From IMG/VR virus record IMGVR_UViG_3300042934_000124, positions 1-37,423 of that record: a DNA stretch of 37,423 nt; one strand, 5' to 3'. Shown here one piece after another: positions 1 through 7,395 of the stretch (within the stretch, counting starts at the first letter, position 1; every line of letters begins with the position of its first letter). The notes below the pieces were generated by a model. It did no database searches. It was given only the letters and a program-made list of their open reading frames with translations, and was not told the origin of the DNA. Source of the stretch: a virus (lineage: Duplodnaviria > Caudoviricetes). The position numbers were made by a program, and so were the translations under genes.

Positions 1-47
1 TACCTAGAGCTTTTCTTTGCATAAAAATTTCACTATAAATGGTACTG

Positions 48-146
48 TAAAGCTGATGATGGGATTCGAACCCACGACTTGCTCATTACGAATGAGCTAA
101 GTGTAAACAGCGAAACGCCAAGCTATTGGTACGCATGGACAGTGCT
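48..146. repeat. Direct repeat, left copy (att region)
   Basis: taaagctgatgatggg...ggacagtgct is identical to 37325-37423. Confidence 0.97.
52..97 (-). tRNA. 3' half only of tRNA-Thr(CGT) (att core; not a complete tRNA)
   Basis: Minus strand GCTCA-TTCGTAA-TGAGC anticodon arm, GTGGG-TTCGAAT-CCCAT T arm and 3' acceptor strand; no D arm or 5' acceptor strand. Confidence 0.88.
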
Positions 147-211
147 TGATGCCCAGTAGAAACAATTACTTTTTATTTCTAATTATTTCCTTTGAAAAAC
201 GGCCATGAAAA

Positions 212-240
212 AAGATAATGCATTAAAAACGCATTATCTT
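212..240 (-). terminator. Hairpin terminator after the moron; overlaps GCATTA repeats
   Basis: aagataatgc...gcattatctt inverted repeat followed by a T run on the minus strand. Confidence 0.65.
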
Positions 241-471
241 TTACATTGTTTTATTATCCTTCTTCTTGACATCTAAAGCCCATATTATTGATATCGGTAT
301 CGCTACAGCATCCCATAAAATTATAGTCACTATGGGCCATATATTTTTAATATTATCGAATATGCCTGTTATTAATCTAGGTAATGGTGTAAAGAAGTAA
401 ACCAACACGATTAATACTATTAATGCGCCGCTTATGCCTATGTACCATCCACTATCATCATCATAACTCAT
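241..471 (-). CDS. Small two-TM membrane protein (moron)
   Basis: 76 aa, two hydrophobic segments, RBS AGGGGG upstream. Confidence 0.75.
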   Translation of the reverse strand: MSYDDDSGWYIGISGALIVLIVLVYFFTPLPRLITGIFDNIKNIWPIVTIILWDAVAIPISIIWALDVKKKDNKTM

Positions 472-486
472 TGCATCATCCCCCTA

Positions 487-633
487 TCATATTAATGAGT
501 ATATAATACCGATTACTATTAGAAATATTACAACTACGAAAGTAATTAAAGTGCTAAACCCTTTTAGCTGCTCTTGTTTTAATTTCATTTCTGCATATTT
601 TTCAATTGAGCTCTTTTCCTTTTTATCTCCCAA
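487..633 (-). CDS. 48-aa single-TM membrane protein (not in ORF track)
   Basis: TTG start after GGCGGTGG; MGDKKEKSSIEKYAEMKLKQEQLKGFSTLITFVVVIFLIVIGIIYSLI*. Confidence 0.7.
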   Translation of the reverse strand: MGDKKEKSSIEKYAEMKLKQEQLKGFSTLITFVVVIFLIVIGIIYSLI

Positions 634-658
634 TTTACCACCGCCTAGTTTTTATATT

Positions 659-686
659 ATTATAGCAAATTTTTTGAATTAAGCAA
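659..686 (-). promoter_or_regulatory. SigA-type promoter for the moron
   Basis: TTGCTT-16 nt-TATAAT with extended -10 (TGCTATAAT). Confidence 0.65.
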
Positions 687-698
687 ATGTATAGCTTT

Positions 699-714
699 TC
701 AAAATTCTATTTTA
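699..714 (-). repeat. TAAAA-N6-TTTG site upstream of moron
   Basis: + strand tCAAA-attcta-TTTTA, between lysin terminator and moron promoter. Confidence 0.55.
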
Positions 715-720
715 TTGAAT

Positions 721-754
721 AAAAAAAGAGGGTAGAAGCCCAAGCCTCTACCCT
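721..754 (-). terminator. Rho-independent terminator of the lysis operon
   Basis: AGGGTAGAGGC-TTGG-GCTTCTACCCT then CTTTTTTT. Confidence 0.85.
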
Positions 755-1443
755 AAATTTGCATATTTAATTATTAAGCTACGGACGTGGTCGGCCTTAT
801 ACGTGCCACTTGTCCACAACAATGTATCTGATATAACCTTGTCTTTTGCTAATCGGTCTACTCCACCCATTTTACTCAGGAGTGCCGGTACATTTTTGAG
901 ATTGATTGCTTCTACACTTCCCCACGCCGCTGGGCTACCTATGATGTTGCGAATTACAAGTACCTGGACAGCTTTTTCTAGGTCTACATCCTTTTTTACA
1001 GGAGTAAGAAATAGTTTCTTTTCAGCAGCCCGGCGTCTAACAAGCCCAGCAAGAACTACTCCACCACCACGAGTCCACAGGTCAAATTGATTAGCTGCAG
1101 CTGTTACGTTACCCTTGTTTAGATGTTTTAGTAAGTCAGACTTTTGCAATGCGCCTGCTCCACAGTTGTAAGTAAATGAGACAAGCGCATCATACTGGTT
1201 TTGATTGATGTTGTATGTCACATATTTTTTAACTGCATTTTCATAAGATACTAGACGGCTAGTAAGTAAGCTGTCTGCCTTTGATTGAGTTATCGTCATG
1301 CCAGCACCTATTTTTTTACTATCTACAGTGCCGGTTGTACCCCATCCGATTGTCCAGACTTTTGCTGGGCAAAGATAGGCTTTCAATGAGCATCCCTCGA
1401 AAGATTTAATTAGATCAATTCCTGTTTTTGATATCTGCATCAT
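748..1443 (-). CDS. Endolysin, GH24 phage lysozyme with C-terminal extension
   Basis: GIDLIKSFEG..AYLCPAKVWTIGWG, NQYDALVSFTYN, GLVRRRAAE motifs. Confidence 0.93.
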   Translation of the reverse strand: MMQISKTGIDLIKSFEGCSLKAYLCPAKVWTIGWGTTGTVDSKKIGAGMTITQSKADSLLTSRLVSYENAVKKYVTYNINQNQYDALVSFTYNCGAGALQKSDLLKHLNKGNVTAAANQFDLWTRGGGVVLAGLVRRRAAEKKLFLTPVKKDVDLEKAVQVLVIRNIIGSPAAWGSVEAINLKNVPALLSKMGGVDRLAKDKVISDTLLWTSGTYKADHVRSLIIKYANLG

Positions 1444-1727
1444 TATGCCCCCTTCAATGCGTTCATCTTTTCTACAAGTGTCTCTATTATGATTTCTATT
1501 TGCTGCTCTGATAGCTTAGGATTAAGCATAATAAGCACTTTTCTTACAAATGCATACTTCTTAACCCCGTAACCTTGGAGCTCTAAAAAGGCACATATTT
1601 GCTCTATAATATTGACTGCAAATAAGGCGCCTATCCAAAGCTTTTGTTTTTTAAGCCATGGTACCAACACCATGGAAACCACTGTAAAAACTACTACAAT
1701 TAAAGCCATAATCATATTAAATTCCAT
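1443..1727 (-). CDS. Holin (LL-H-like)
   Basis: N-terminal TM, G..KKYAFV and IEIIIETLV pattern, coupled to the lysin. Confidence 0.7.
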   Translation of the reverse strand: MEFNMIMALIVVVFTVVSMVLVPWLKKQKLWIGALFAVNIIEQICAFLELQGYGVKKYAFVRKVLIMLNPKLSEQQIEIIIETLVEKMNALKGA

Positions 1728-1959
1728 CTACATTATCTCCTTTGTTTTTTAGTTTTTTTACAAATGCTAAATAACCACCTTCTGCCCCACAAAAAGCGAA
1801 TACACAAGTTATTAGTGTAGATGGCTCATTACCAGTTAAGTAAAACAGACCTATATTGGACACTGTAAACAATAGCAAAAAGAGTAACATTAATATAATT
1901 ATCCTTTTACTAAATCTGCCTTTTGGCTTAGGCGTACGTTCTATTTTAATTTTAAACAT
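1717..1959 (-). CDS. Two-TM lysis-module membrane protein (holin-like)
   Basis: FSKRIIILMLL...EPSTLITCVFAF; position in lysis cluster. Confidence 0.6.
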   Translation of the reverse strand: MFKIKIERTPKPKGRFSKRIIILMLLFLLLFTVSNIGLFYLTGNEPSTLITCVFAFCGAEGGYLAFVKKLKNKGDNVDGI

Positions 1960-1970
1960 CTAAACACCTC

Positions 1971-2261
1971 CTACAATACCAGTGCTATGATAGCACCCAC
2001 TATAGCACCCACAATAACCCCAAGTGCATTTTCTTTTACTCCGTCTAACAATTTACTGGGCTTCATCTTAATCTCTTCTACATCCTTTTTAAGGTCGCTA
2101 ACTTCTTCTTTTGTGTATTTTGTTTGTTCAGCTATTGCTGCAATATTGCTGTTCATTTCATGCAATAAATTTTGTTGTTCCTCTAGTTTATCTATCCTAT
2201 GAGTGTTGCTTTTGCTTCTGGATGTAGTCTCGGTTAACTCTTTAATTTGGTTTTCATTCAC
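1971..2261 (-). CDS. XhlA-like coiled-coil membrane protein
   Basis: SNTHRIDKLE coiled coil plus C-terminal TM; probable GTG start at 2261 after AAAGGGG. Confidence 0.7.
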   Translation of the reverse strand: MNENQIKELTETTSRSKSNTHRIDKLEEQQNLLHEMNSNIAAIAEQTKYTKEEVSDLKKDVEEIKMKPSKLLDGVKENALGVIVGAIVGAIIALVL

Positions 2262-2287
2262 TAGCCCGGTTCCCCTTTCTTTTGTTA

Positions 2288-2319
2288 AAGAGGGCATAAA
2301 AAATACGCCCTCTTGGCGT
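2288..2319 (-). terminator. Terminator with alternative hairpin before the lysis genes
   Basis: ACGCC-AAGAG-GGCGT-ATTTTTT overlaps an alternative stem AAGAGGGC/GCCCTCTT. Confidence 0.6.
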
Positions 2320-2320
2320 T

Positions 2321-2338
2321 ATAAAACTGAAATTTTAT
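2321..2338. repeat. Symmetric ATAAAA-N6-TTTTAT site abutting the tail-spike stop codon
   Basis: ataaaa-ctgaaa-ttttat; stop at 2338-2340. Confidence 0.65.
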
Positions 2339-4152
2339 TATATATAACAATATTCAAGTCGTCTAACCGTTGCTGTTAGTGGACTTGACAACGCTTGGCT
2401 ATATAGCCCAACATAACCAGAATTAATTGCTGTATTAGATGCAGTTATATAAGTTGTGCCATCAACTTTTATAACAATTGTACCGTCATATTGGACTTCT
2501 ATTCTGATAATATGATCGTTTGAGTAATTTAATGTCACTGTGCCTGTTGCTATGCTTATTACTGCTCCATTTAATCCACTAGGAGCAAAAAGAGATATGC
2601 TTGTAGTACCTAATACCAACACATATCCAAAATTAAATCCTACAGTGTTAGAATTACCTGCTTTATTTGCAAAAAACAAAATCCCTGACTTATCAAAAAA
2701 TCTCCCCTCTGCCTCGATTATAAGCGTTTTTCCACTTAAAGACTCGACTGTGTGGGTATCTGTTATCACTAATTGATTATACGAACCAGATAAACCCGTG
2801 TATTTTATAGTTCCATCAATAAGTTTTTTCATCGTTTCATATGGGGTTAAATTGGAATTTGTACTATATCTTTTAGTGTTATCTACAAATATTGAAGGTT
2901 CAAACTCAAAGGCAGATAGATACATAACATACCCTGATTGCAAAGATTGCCCTTGTGTTAGGTTTGATATATTGAGTTCTATTTTATGATATCCTTGTGT
3001 CATATTTGATAAAATAAGGCTTTTAGCATCATATAGAACATCATCTTTACTATAAAAATCAATCGTCCGCGCCAAAACTCCATTATCGTACACATCTAAT
3101 TTTCCGCCATATGTTGATTTGGGTGACAATAAATACAAATCAACACCTTTTACATCAACAAAAAATTCAAAATTTAAATATGAGCCAGCAGACCCATTTT
3201 TAAACCCAGTGTAGTTTCTATAATGAAATTGAGCAGTATTTGTCCCTGTAGATGTTAGGTCTGTTTTCATTAGTGATGAATTAACAGCAGGAATACTTGA
3301 TCTTTCATTCGTTTTAACTGTCAATATATTTTTGAATATATTTAACCCATATTGAAAAATTAAATCCCCTAAAAGGTGATATCCCGTTTGCGTGAAATGA
3401 GCATAATCATAATTTTGCAAATCATATACTGAATAGTCTTTGTTATTGTATATTTCATACAACTTATGAGTTATATCTAAATAATTTACATTATATTTTT
3501 GAGCTACTTCAATTGCTGCTCTCCCATAATTATATATTTTTTTATTATTTTCTCCAAATGCCGTATTAGAGGTAGGGGTTGTGGGTAAAATCAGAACTTG
3601 AATCTGATTATCTATGGCAATATCGATCATATCGCTAATATTAGTTTTAAAATCTTCTATTGGAGTTATGCTTGACGTGCCAGATGCATCGTTGATGCCA
3701 AACATAATTATCACTAAATCGGCATTTTCTTCGACTACATCTGTCTGGAAATTTGATAGTCCCACGCCTGACTTTCTTCCATTAACACCTTTATTGATTA
3801 CAGTAATATTGTTATTATTGTAATAACTTCTCAAGGTTGCTTGTAGCCTTAAAGGGTATGGAGTGGTAGCTCTACCAGTTCCTAAATCTCCATAGGTTAC
3901 GCTATCTCCAATACACACAATTATAACTGTGTCCCCATTTTTCATTCTGTCTGTAATATTGGTCATCTTATTAGGTGTTTTTAAAATGCTTATTTGTTCA
4001 GGTAGTCCAAAATCCATAGGCAATAGGGTGCCATCATCTTGGCTTACATAGGTACCCCCGTATCCATTTTCATCCTTCGTAAACGCAACTGTATCACCCA
4101 ATACCTTGATGGGTAGCGATGTTTTAAATATCCTTAGCCAGTCAATAGGCAT
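2338..4152 (-). CDS. Tail spike / receptor-binding protein with SGNH/GDSL esterase domain and beta-rich C-terminus
   Basis: SGNH blocks GDSVT, NKGVNG, GINDA, DYAH; last tail gene before lysis. Confidence 0.82.
   Translation of the reverse strand: MPIDWLRIFKTSLPIKVLGDTVAFTKDENGYGGTYVSQDDGTLLPMDFGLPEQISILKTPNKMTNITDRMKNGDTVIIVCIGDSVTYGDLGTGRATTPYPLRLQATLRSYYNNNNITVINKGVNGRKSGVGLSNFQTDVVEENADLVIIMFGINDASGTSSITPIEDFKTNISDMIDIAIDNQIQVLILPTTPTSNTAFGENNKKIYNYGRAAIEVAQKYNVNYLDITHKLYEIYNNKDYSVYDLQNYDYAHFTQTGYHLLGDLIFQYGLNIFKNILTVKTNERSSIPAVNSSLMKTDLTSTGTNTAQFHYRNYTGFKNGSAGSYLNFEFFVDVKGVDLYLLSPKSTYGGKLDVYDNGVLARTIDFYSKDDVLYDAKSLILSNMTQGYHKIELNISNLTQGQSLQSGYVMYLSAFEFEPSIFVDNTKRYSTNSNLTPYETMKKLIDGTIKYTGLSGSYNQLVITDTHTVESLSGKTLIIEAEGRFFDKSGILFFANKAGNSNTVGFNFGYVLVLGTTSISLFAPSGLNGAVISIATGTVTLNYSNDHIIRIEVQYDGTIVIKVDGTTYITASNTAINSGYVGLYSQALSSPLTATVRRLEYCYI
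3982..3997 (+). repeat. TAAAA-N6-TTTG site inside the tail-spike gene (codons 52-57, EQISIL)
   Basis: + strand TAAAA-tgctta-TTTGT at the junction of the N-terminal anchor and the SGNH module. Confidence 0.55.
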
Positions 4153-4154
4153 AT

Positions 4155-4334
4155 TTATACCACCTTCCCTAAGCAGATATACGTGCCATTAACAAGGGCC
4201 ATGAGCACCTTGTCGCCAATAACTGGCGTATAGCTGCTTAATCTATCATACGGGCCTGTGGCAGTTTCTTCGCTTACAAATAATACATTAACCCTTGTTC
4301 CTGAAATGCTTGTTACTGTAGCCCTCTTAAACAT
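4155..4334 (-). CDS. 59-aa small tail-tip protein, OB-fold-like (not in ORF track)
   Basis: MFKRATVTSISGTRVNVLFVSEETATGPYDRLSSYTPVIGDKVLMALVNGTYICLGKVV*; TAATG coupling with upstream gene. Confidence 0.8.
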   Translation of the reverse strand: MFKRATVTSISGTRVNVLFVSEETATGPYDRLSSYTPVIGDKVLMALVNGTYICLGKVV

Positions 4335-5404
4335 TAAAATGCCACCACCTTTCTTGTGTTATGTTCCATTTTATCTTCTAAACTGCTTGATATGTTCCAG
4401 CTTGTTTCACTGTACTTGTCATTAATAGATGTATCATATTGCACAAATACAGTAGTCATATACCAATGCAATGGAATTATCATGGTTGAAAATGTTAGGT
4501 GAGAATATGATTGAGTGGCTTCGTTTGCATCCCTTAGTGTCTTAGCTTCTAACGTGTCCGTGTCCGCTATATCGTTAAGCTGCTCATAGCTTGTAATCTC
4601 ATAAGGAAAATTCTGTAAAGCAAACTGGCTATCGTCATTGGTATTTTCATATTCATATCTCATCCCCGTGCCATCTGATAACTCCACATATCTTACAAAA
4701 ACATTGTATATACCAAACGTATTAAGTTCTTCAACTACCACACTTTCTAGTGCATGATTTTCTGTGTCAGTGTATGTTACATCTACAACCCTATCTATAG
4801 GTAACACGTACGGCTGTGCTGCATAAAATCCGTTTTGGTCTGCATATAGGCTAGTATAATTAATTATGTCTAGTAGATAATTAACAATGTCCAGATAAGG
4901 CGTACCGCCATCAAATGCCTTATCGCTATTAGTGACTTTACCGCTGTCCGGAATAGTATATTGATAAGTGCCTAGCCATCTAGCAATCTCATTGTCAACA
5001 TTTGTGCCAGCCGGAATAACTTCTATTTTCCTCGTCTTTTTCCAATCAAGTATTTGCAGCTTGTCGCAACATTGTATAGACCTACTCACAACCCCATAAT
5101 TGATAGTTTTTTGTGGTGATGACAATAAAAATACGCCCATCGGGTACCTATAAACCCCTTGGAGCGTCTTTATACATCTTATAATTTTTATGCGATCAGT
5201 GAGAAAATTTATATCTTCATCATCTGTTATGTTTATAGTGGATGTGCTTTTTATCCTTGATAGTGAATTGAAATCTTGTGAGTGAGAGATTACGCAATTC
5301 AAGTTCTTCTTGAAAACATCATCACTATCTAACAACTGATACTCCCACCATTTGATATTACCACTCCTTGATAGAGAACTCATTAGATTCTGGTTGAATG
5401 ACAT
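4334..5404 (-). CDS. Minor tail / baseplate hub-like protein
   Basis: YPMGVFLLSSP motif; position after Dit-like gene; ATG at 5404 after GGAGGTG. Confidence 0.7.
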   Translation of the reverse strand: MSFNQNLMSSLSRSGNIKWWEYQLLDSDDVFKKNLNCVISHSQDFNSLSRIKSTSTINITDDEDINFLTDRIKIIRCIKTLQGVYRYPMGVFLLSSPQKTINYGVVSRSIQCCDKLQILDWKKTRKIEVIPAGTNVDNEIARWLGTYQYTIPDSGKVTNSDKAFDGGTPYLDIVNYLLDIINYTSLYADQNGFYAAQPYVLPIDRVVDVTYTDTENHALESVVVEELNTFGIYNVFVRYVELSDGTGMRYEYENTNDDSQFALQNFPYEITSYEQLNDIADTDTLEAKTLRDANEATQSYSHLTFSTMIIPLHWYMTTVFVQYDTSINDKYSETSWNISSSLEDKMEHNTRKVVAF

Positions 5405-7379
5405 CCTGAACACCTCCGTAATAAGTCTCTGTAAAAGTAAGCCCTATACTGCATCTACTAAACAATACATTATCCTTTTTACTCTTAATAGCCGCTGAAC
5501 CATAAGCCGCAAGTCCTTTACTGTCTCTCAAAAATAATGTGCTTTGAGTATTTATGATTCTCATTAGATTATTTAAATCGCTGTATTTTACATCGACTTG
5601 TACGTCAATTACCCTGTAGTCCGTAAGTGATCTAGACTCCTTCGGCTTGCTTAATCCGGCGTACAGTTGATAACTTTTGCCATCGTCATAACTTGCAGTA
5701 GCTGAAAAGTTACCATCGAAAATCATAAAATCATTCGTTCCAGCGATACTGAGCCTCGGATATTTAAATATAACAGACATTGTTTTTGTGTCACTATCTG
5801 TATATGTTAATTCAACGGATATAGCTCTAACTTTGTACTCATAAGTTATACCACTAGCACATTCAAAGTCTTTATATTCGTCATTTTGCGCGATATCATC
5901 AGCTATTTGTAACCAAGTATCCGTACCTAATTCACGCCTATAAATTTGTGCCTTGTAAAAATCCTCACTATCATCATTGTAGACATTAAGCACTATACAT
6001 GCTTCGAGTTGATTGCCATAAATATTAAATGTTGGCTGCGCCAATTCAGCGTAAGACACCTCAAAGTTTTTGCTTACCCATGCAGAGTATAAATTGTATT
6101 GGTTTTTTATTCTTAGTTGTGCTTGATATACCTTATTGTTTTCTAGTGGTTCATCGTGCTGATATTGCCTTGCAGCACTTCCAGACGTTTCGCCAGTATC
6201 AAATACTGTTGTTGAGCCATCCAATAGCTTAATCTGCCATGTCATTTGCTCGCTACTTGCTGTCCATTCAAACAGTGGATAGGCCGTACTATAAATAGTG
6301 TCAAGATTAAGTGTAGGATTAGGCGGTGGACCATACGCCGTAAAAGTTACCTCTTTTATCGAGGTCCTATATTGACTTGAATTAGTAGCCCAAACTGGAA
6401 TATATGTAGCTGTTAATCTGCTAGTAACGGCTCCCGTGCTTAATACATTAGGTGGTATTGTCGTTTCTCTTGCTGTTGTCCCTTGGTCTGTATACTTAAC
6501 AACTCCACCCTGTATAGTTTCATACTTCCAGCTAGATATATTTGACCCAGTAAACTCAACCAAAATAGATTGTGACAATAGTTTGTTGATACTGTTTGGT
6601 TCTAAAATTGATATTATTGGAGTTTTCTTTATTAGTGTTTCGCTGTATTCTTCCCAATCTGACCAAAATACGTCCCCGACAATTCCATTACCCACGCGCA
6701 CCCTAAATATGGTTGATGCGCCATTTAAAGTATTGTATGGTATGGTTACAGAATCAACCGTTGTTCCACTAGTATTATATATTACACTTCCGCCTTGCAC
6801 TGCTTCAAATTCAAAGAACTTTTGGTTAGTAGAATCCCACGATGCAATTATATTAATATCTGTATCTGTTTGATTGACTGCAATATTTGACACCGTTGCA
6901 TCGTCTATTGTTAATAAGAGTTTAGGATAAGTATCTCTGCTGATATTATCTATTTCCACTGCGCAACTGTCCGAAGCGTTAGCGCTTTGATCTACCCAAA
7001 AACATAAACCATTATTTGCGGCCCTATAATCTAAATCAAACTCGTAAGACATTTCTGACGGAGAAGTTATTACATGGAATTGTGTTTTAGAGCTGTCGTA
7101 TGTTACCGTATCTATAGTTTGCTTAGAGTTGTAGTACCCGAATTTCAAGGGTTTTGTGTAATAATCCACTGCATCTATGCTTACATACATACTAATTTCG
7201 TCAGTATCGGACAAATTCAAATTATCAAAAAATATAAACCCTATCCCATGCAAGTATTGCGTGCCATCATATAGATTAACACACCTTGGATATATAGTAT
7301 TCTTACTCGTAACGCCTGTATTGATATTTTTATTCCAACGGCCGTTTGCGGCAGCCTTTATTTCCAATACATTAGACAT
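5358..7379 (-). CDS. Minor tail protein with Ig/FN3-like domains and Dit-like C-terminus
   Basis: FN3-like GITYEYKVRA; C-terminal TLFLRDSKG...LTFTET; directly after tape measure. Confidence 0.7.
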   Translation of the reverse strand: MSNVLEIKAAANGRWNKNINTGVTSKNTIYPRCVNLYDGTQYLHGIGFIFFDNLNLSDTDEISMYVSIDAVDYYTKPLKFGYYNSKQTIDTVTYDSSKTQFHVITSPSEMSYEFDLDYRAANNGLCFWVDQSANASDSCAVEIDNISRDTYPKLLLTIDDATVSNIAVNQTDTDINIIASWDSTNQKFFEFEAVQGGSVIYNTSGTTVDSVTIPYNTLNGASTIFRVRVGNGIVGDVFWSDWEEYSETLIKKTPIISILEPNSINKLLSQSILVEFTGSNISSWKYETIQGGVVKYTDQGTTARETTIPPNVLSTGAVTSRLTATYIPVWATNSSQYRTSIKEVTFTAYGPPPNPTLNLDTIYSTAYPLFEWTASSEQMTWQIKLLDGSTTVFDTGETSGSAARQYQHDEPLENNKVYQAQLRIKNQYNLYSAWVSKNFEVSYAELAQPTFNIYGNQLEACIVLNVYNDDSEDFYKAQIYRRELGTDTWLQIADDIAQNDEYKDFECASGITYEYKVRAISVELTYTDSDTKTMSVIFKYPRLSIAGTNDFMIFDGNFSATASYDDGKSYQLYAGLSKPKESRSLTDYRVIDVQVDVKYSDLNNLMRIINTQSTLFLRDSKGLAAYGSAAIKSKKDNVLFSRCSIGLTFTETYYGGVQDVIQPESNEFSIKEW

Positions 7380-7395
7380 ATATAATTATCGCCTC

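Noticed and set aside
52-97. Functional phage-encoded tRNA-Thr
   Set aside because: The 5' half is absent in both copies; this is the att core only
1990-2022. atagcacccac tandem repeat
   Set aside because: Explained by the coding repeat GVIVGAIVGAII in a TM helix
2338-7379. Diversity-generating retroelement or invertase shufflon acting on tail genes
   Set aside because: No reverse transcriptase, TR/VR pair, invertase or alternative inverted C-termini were seen
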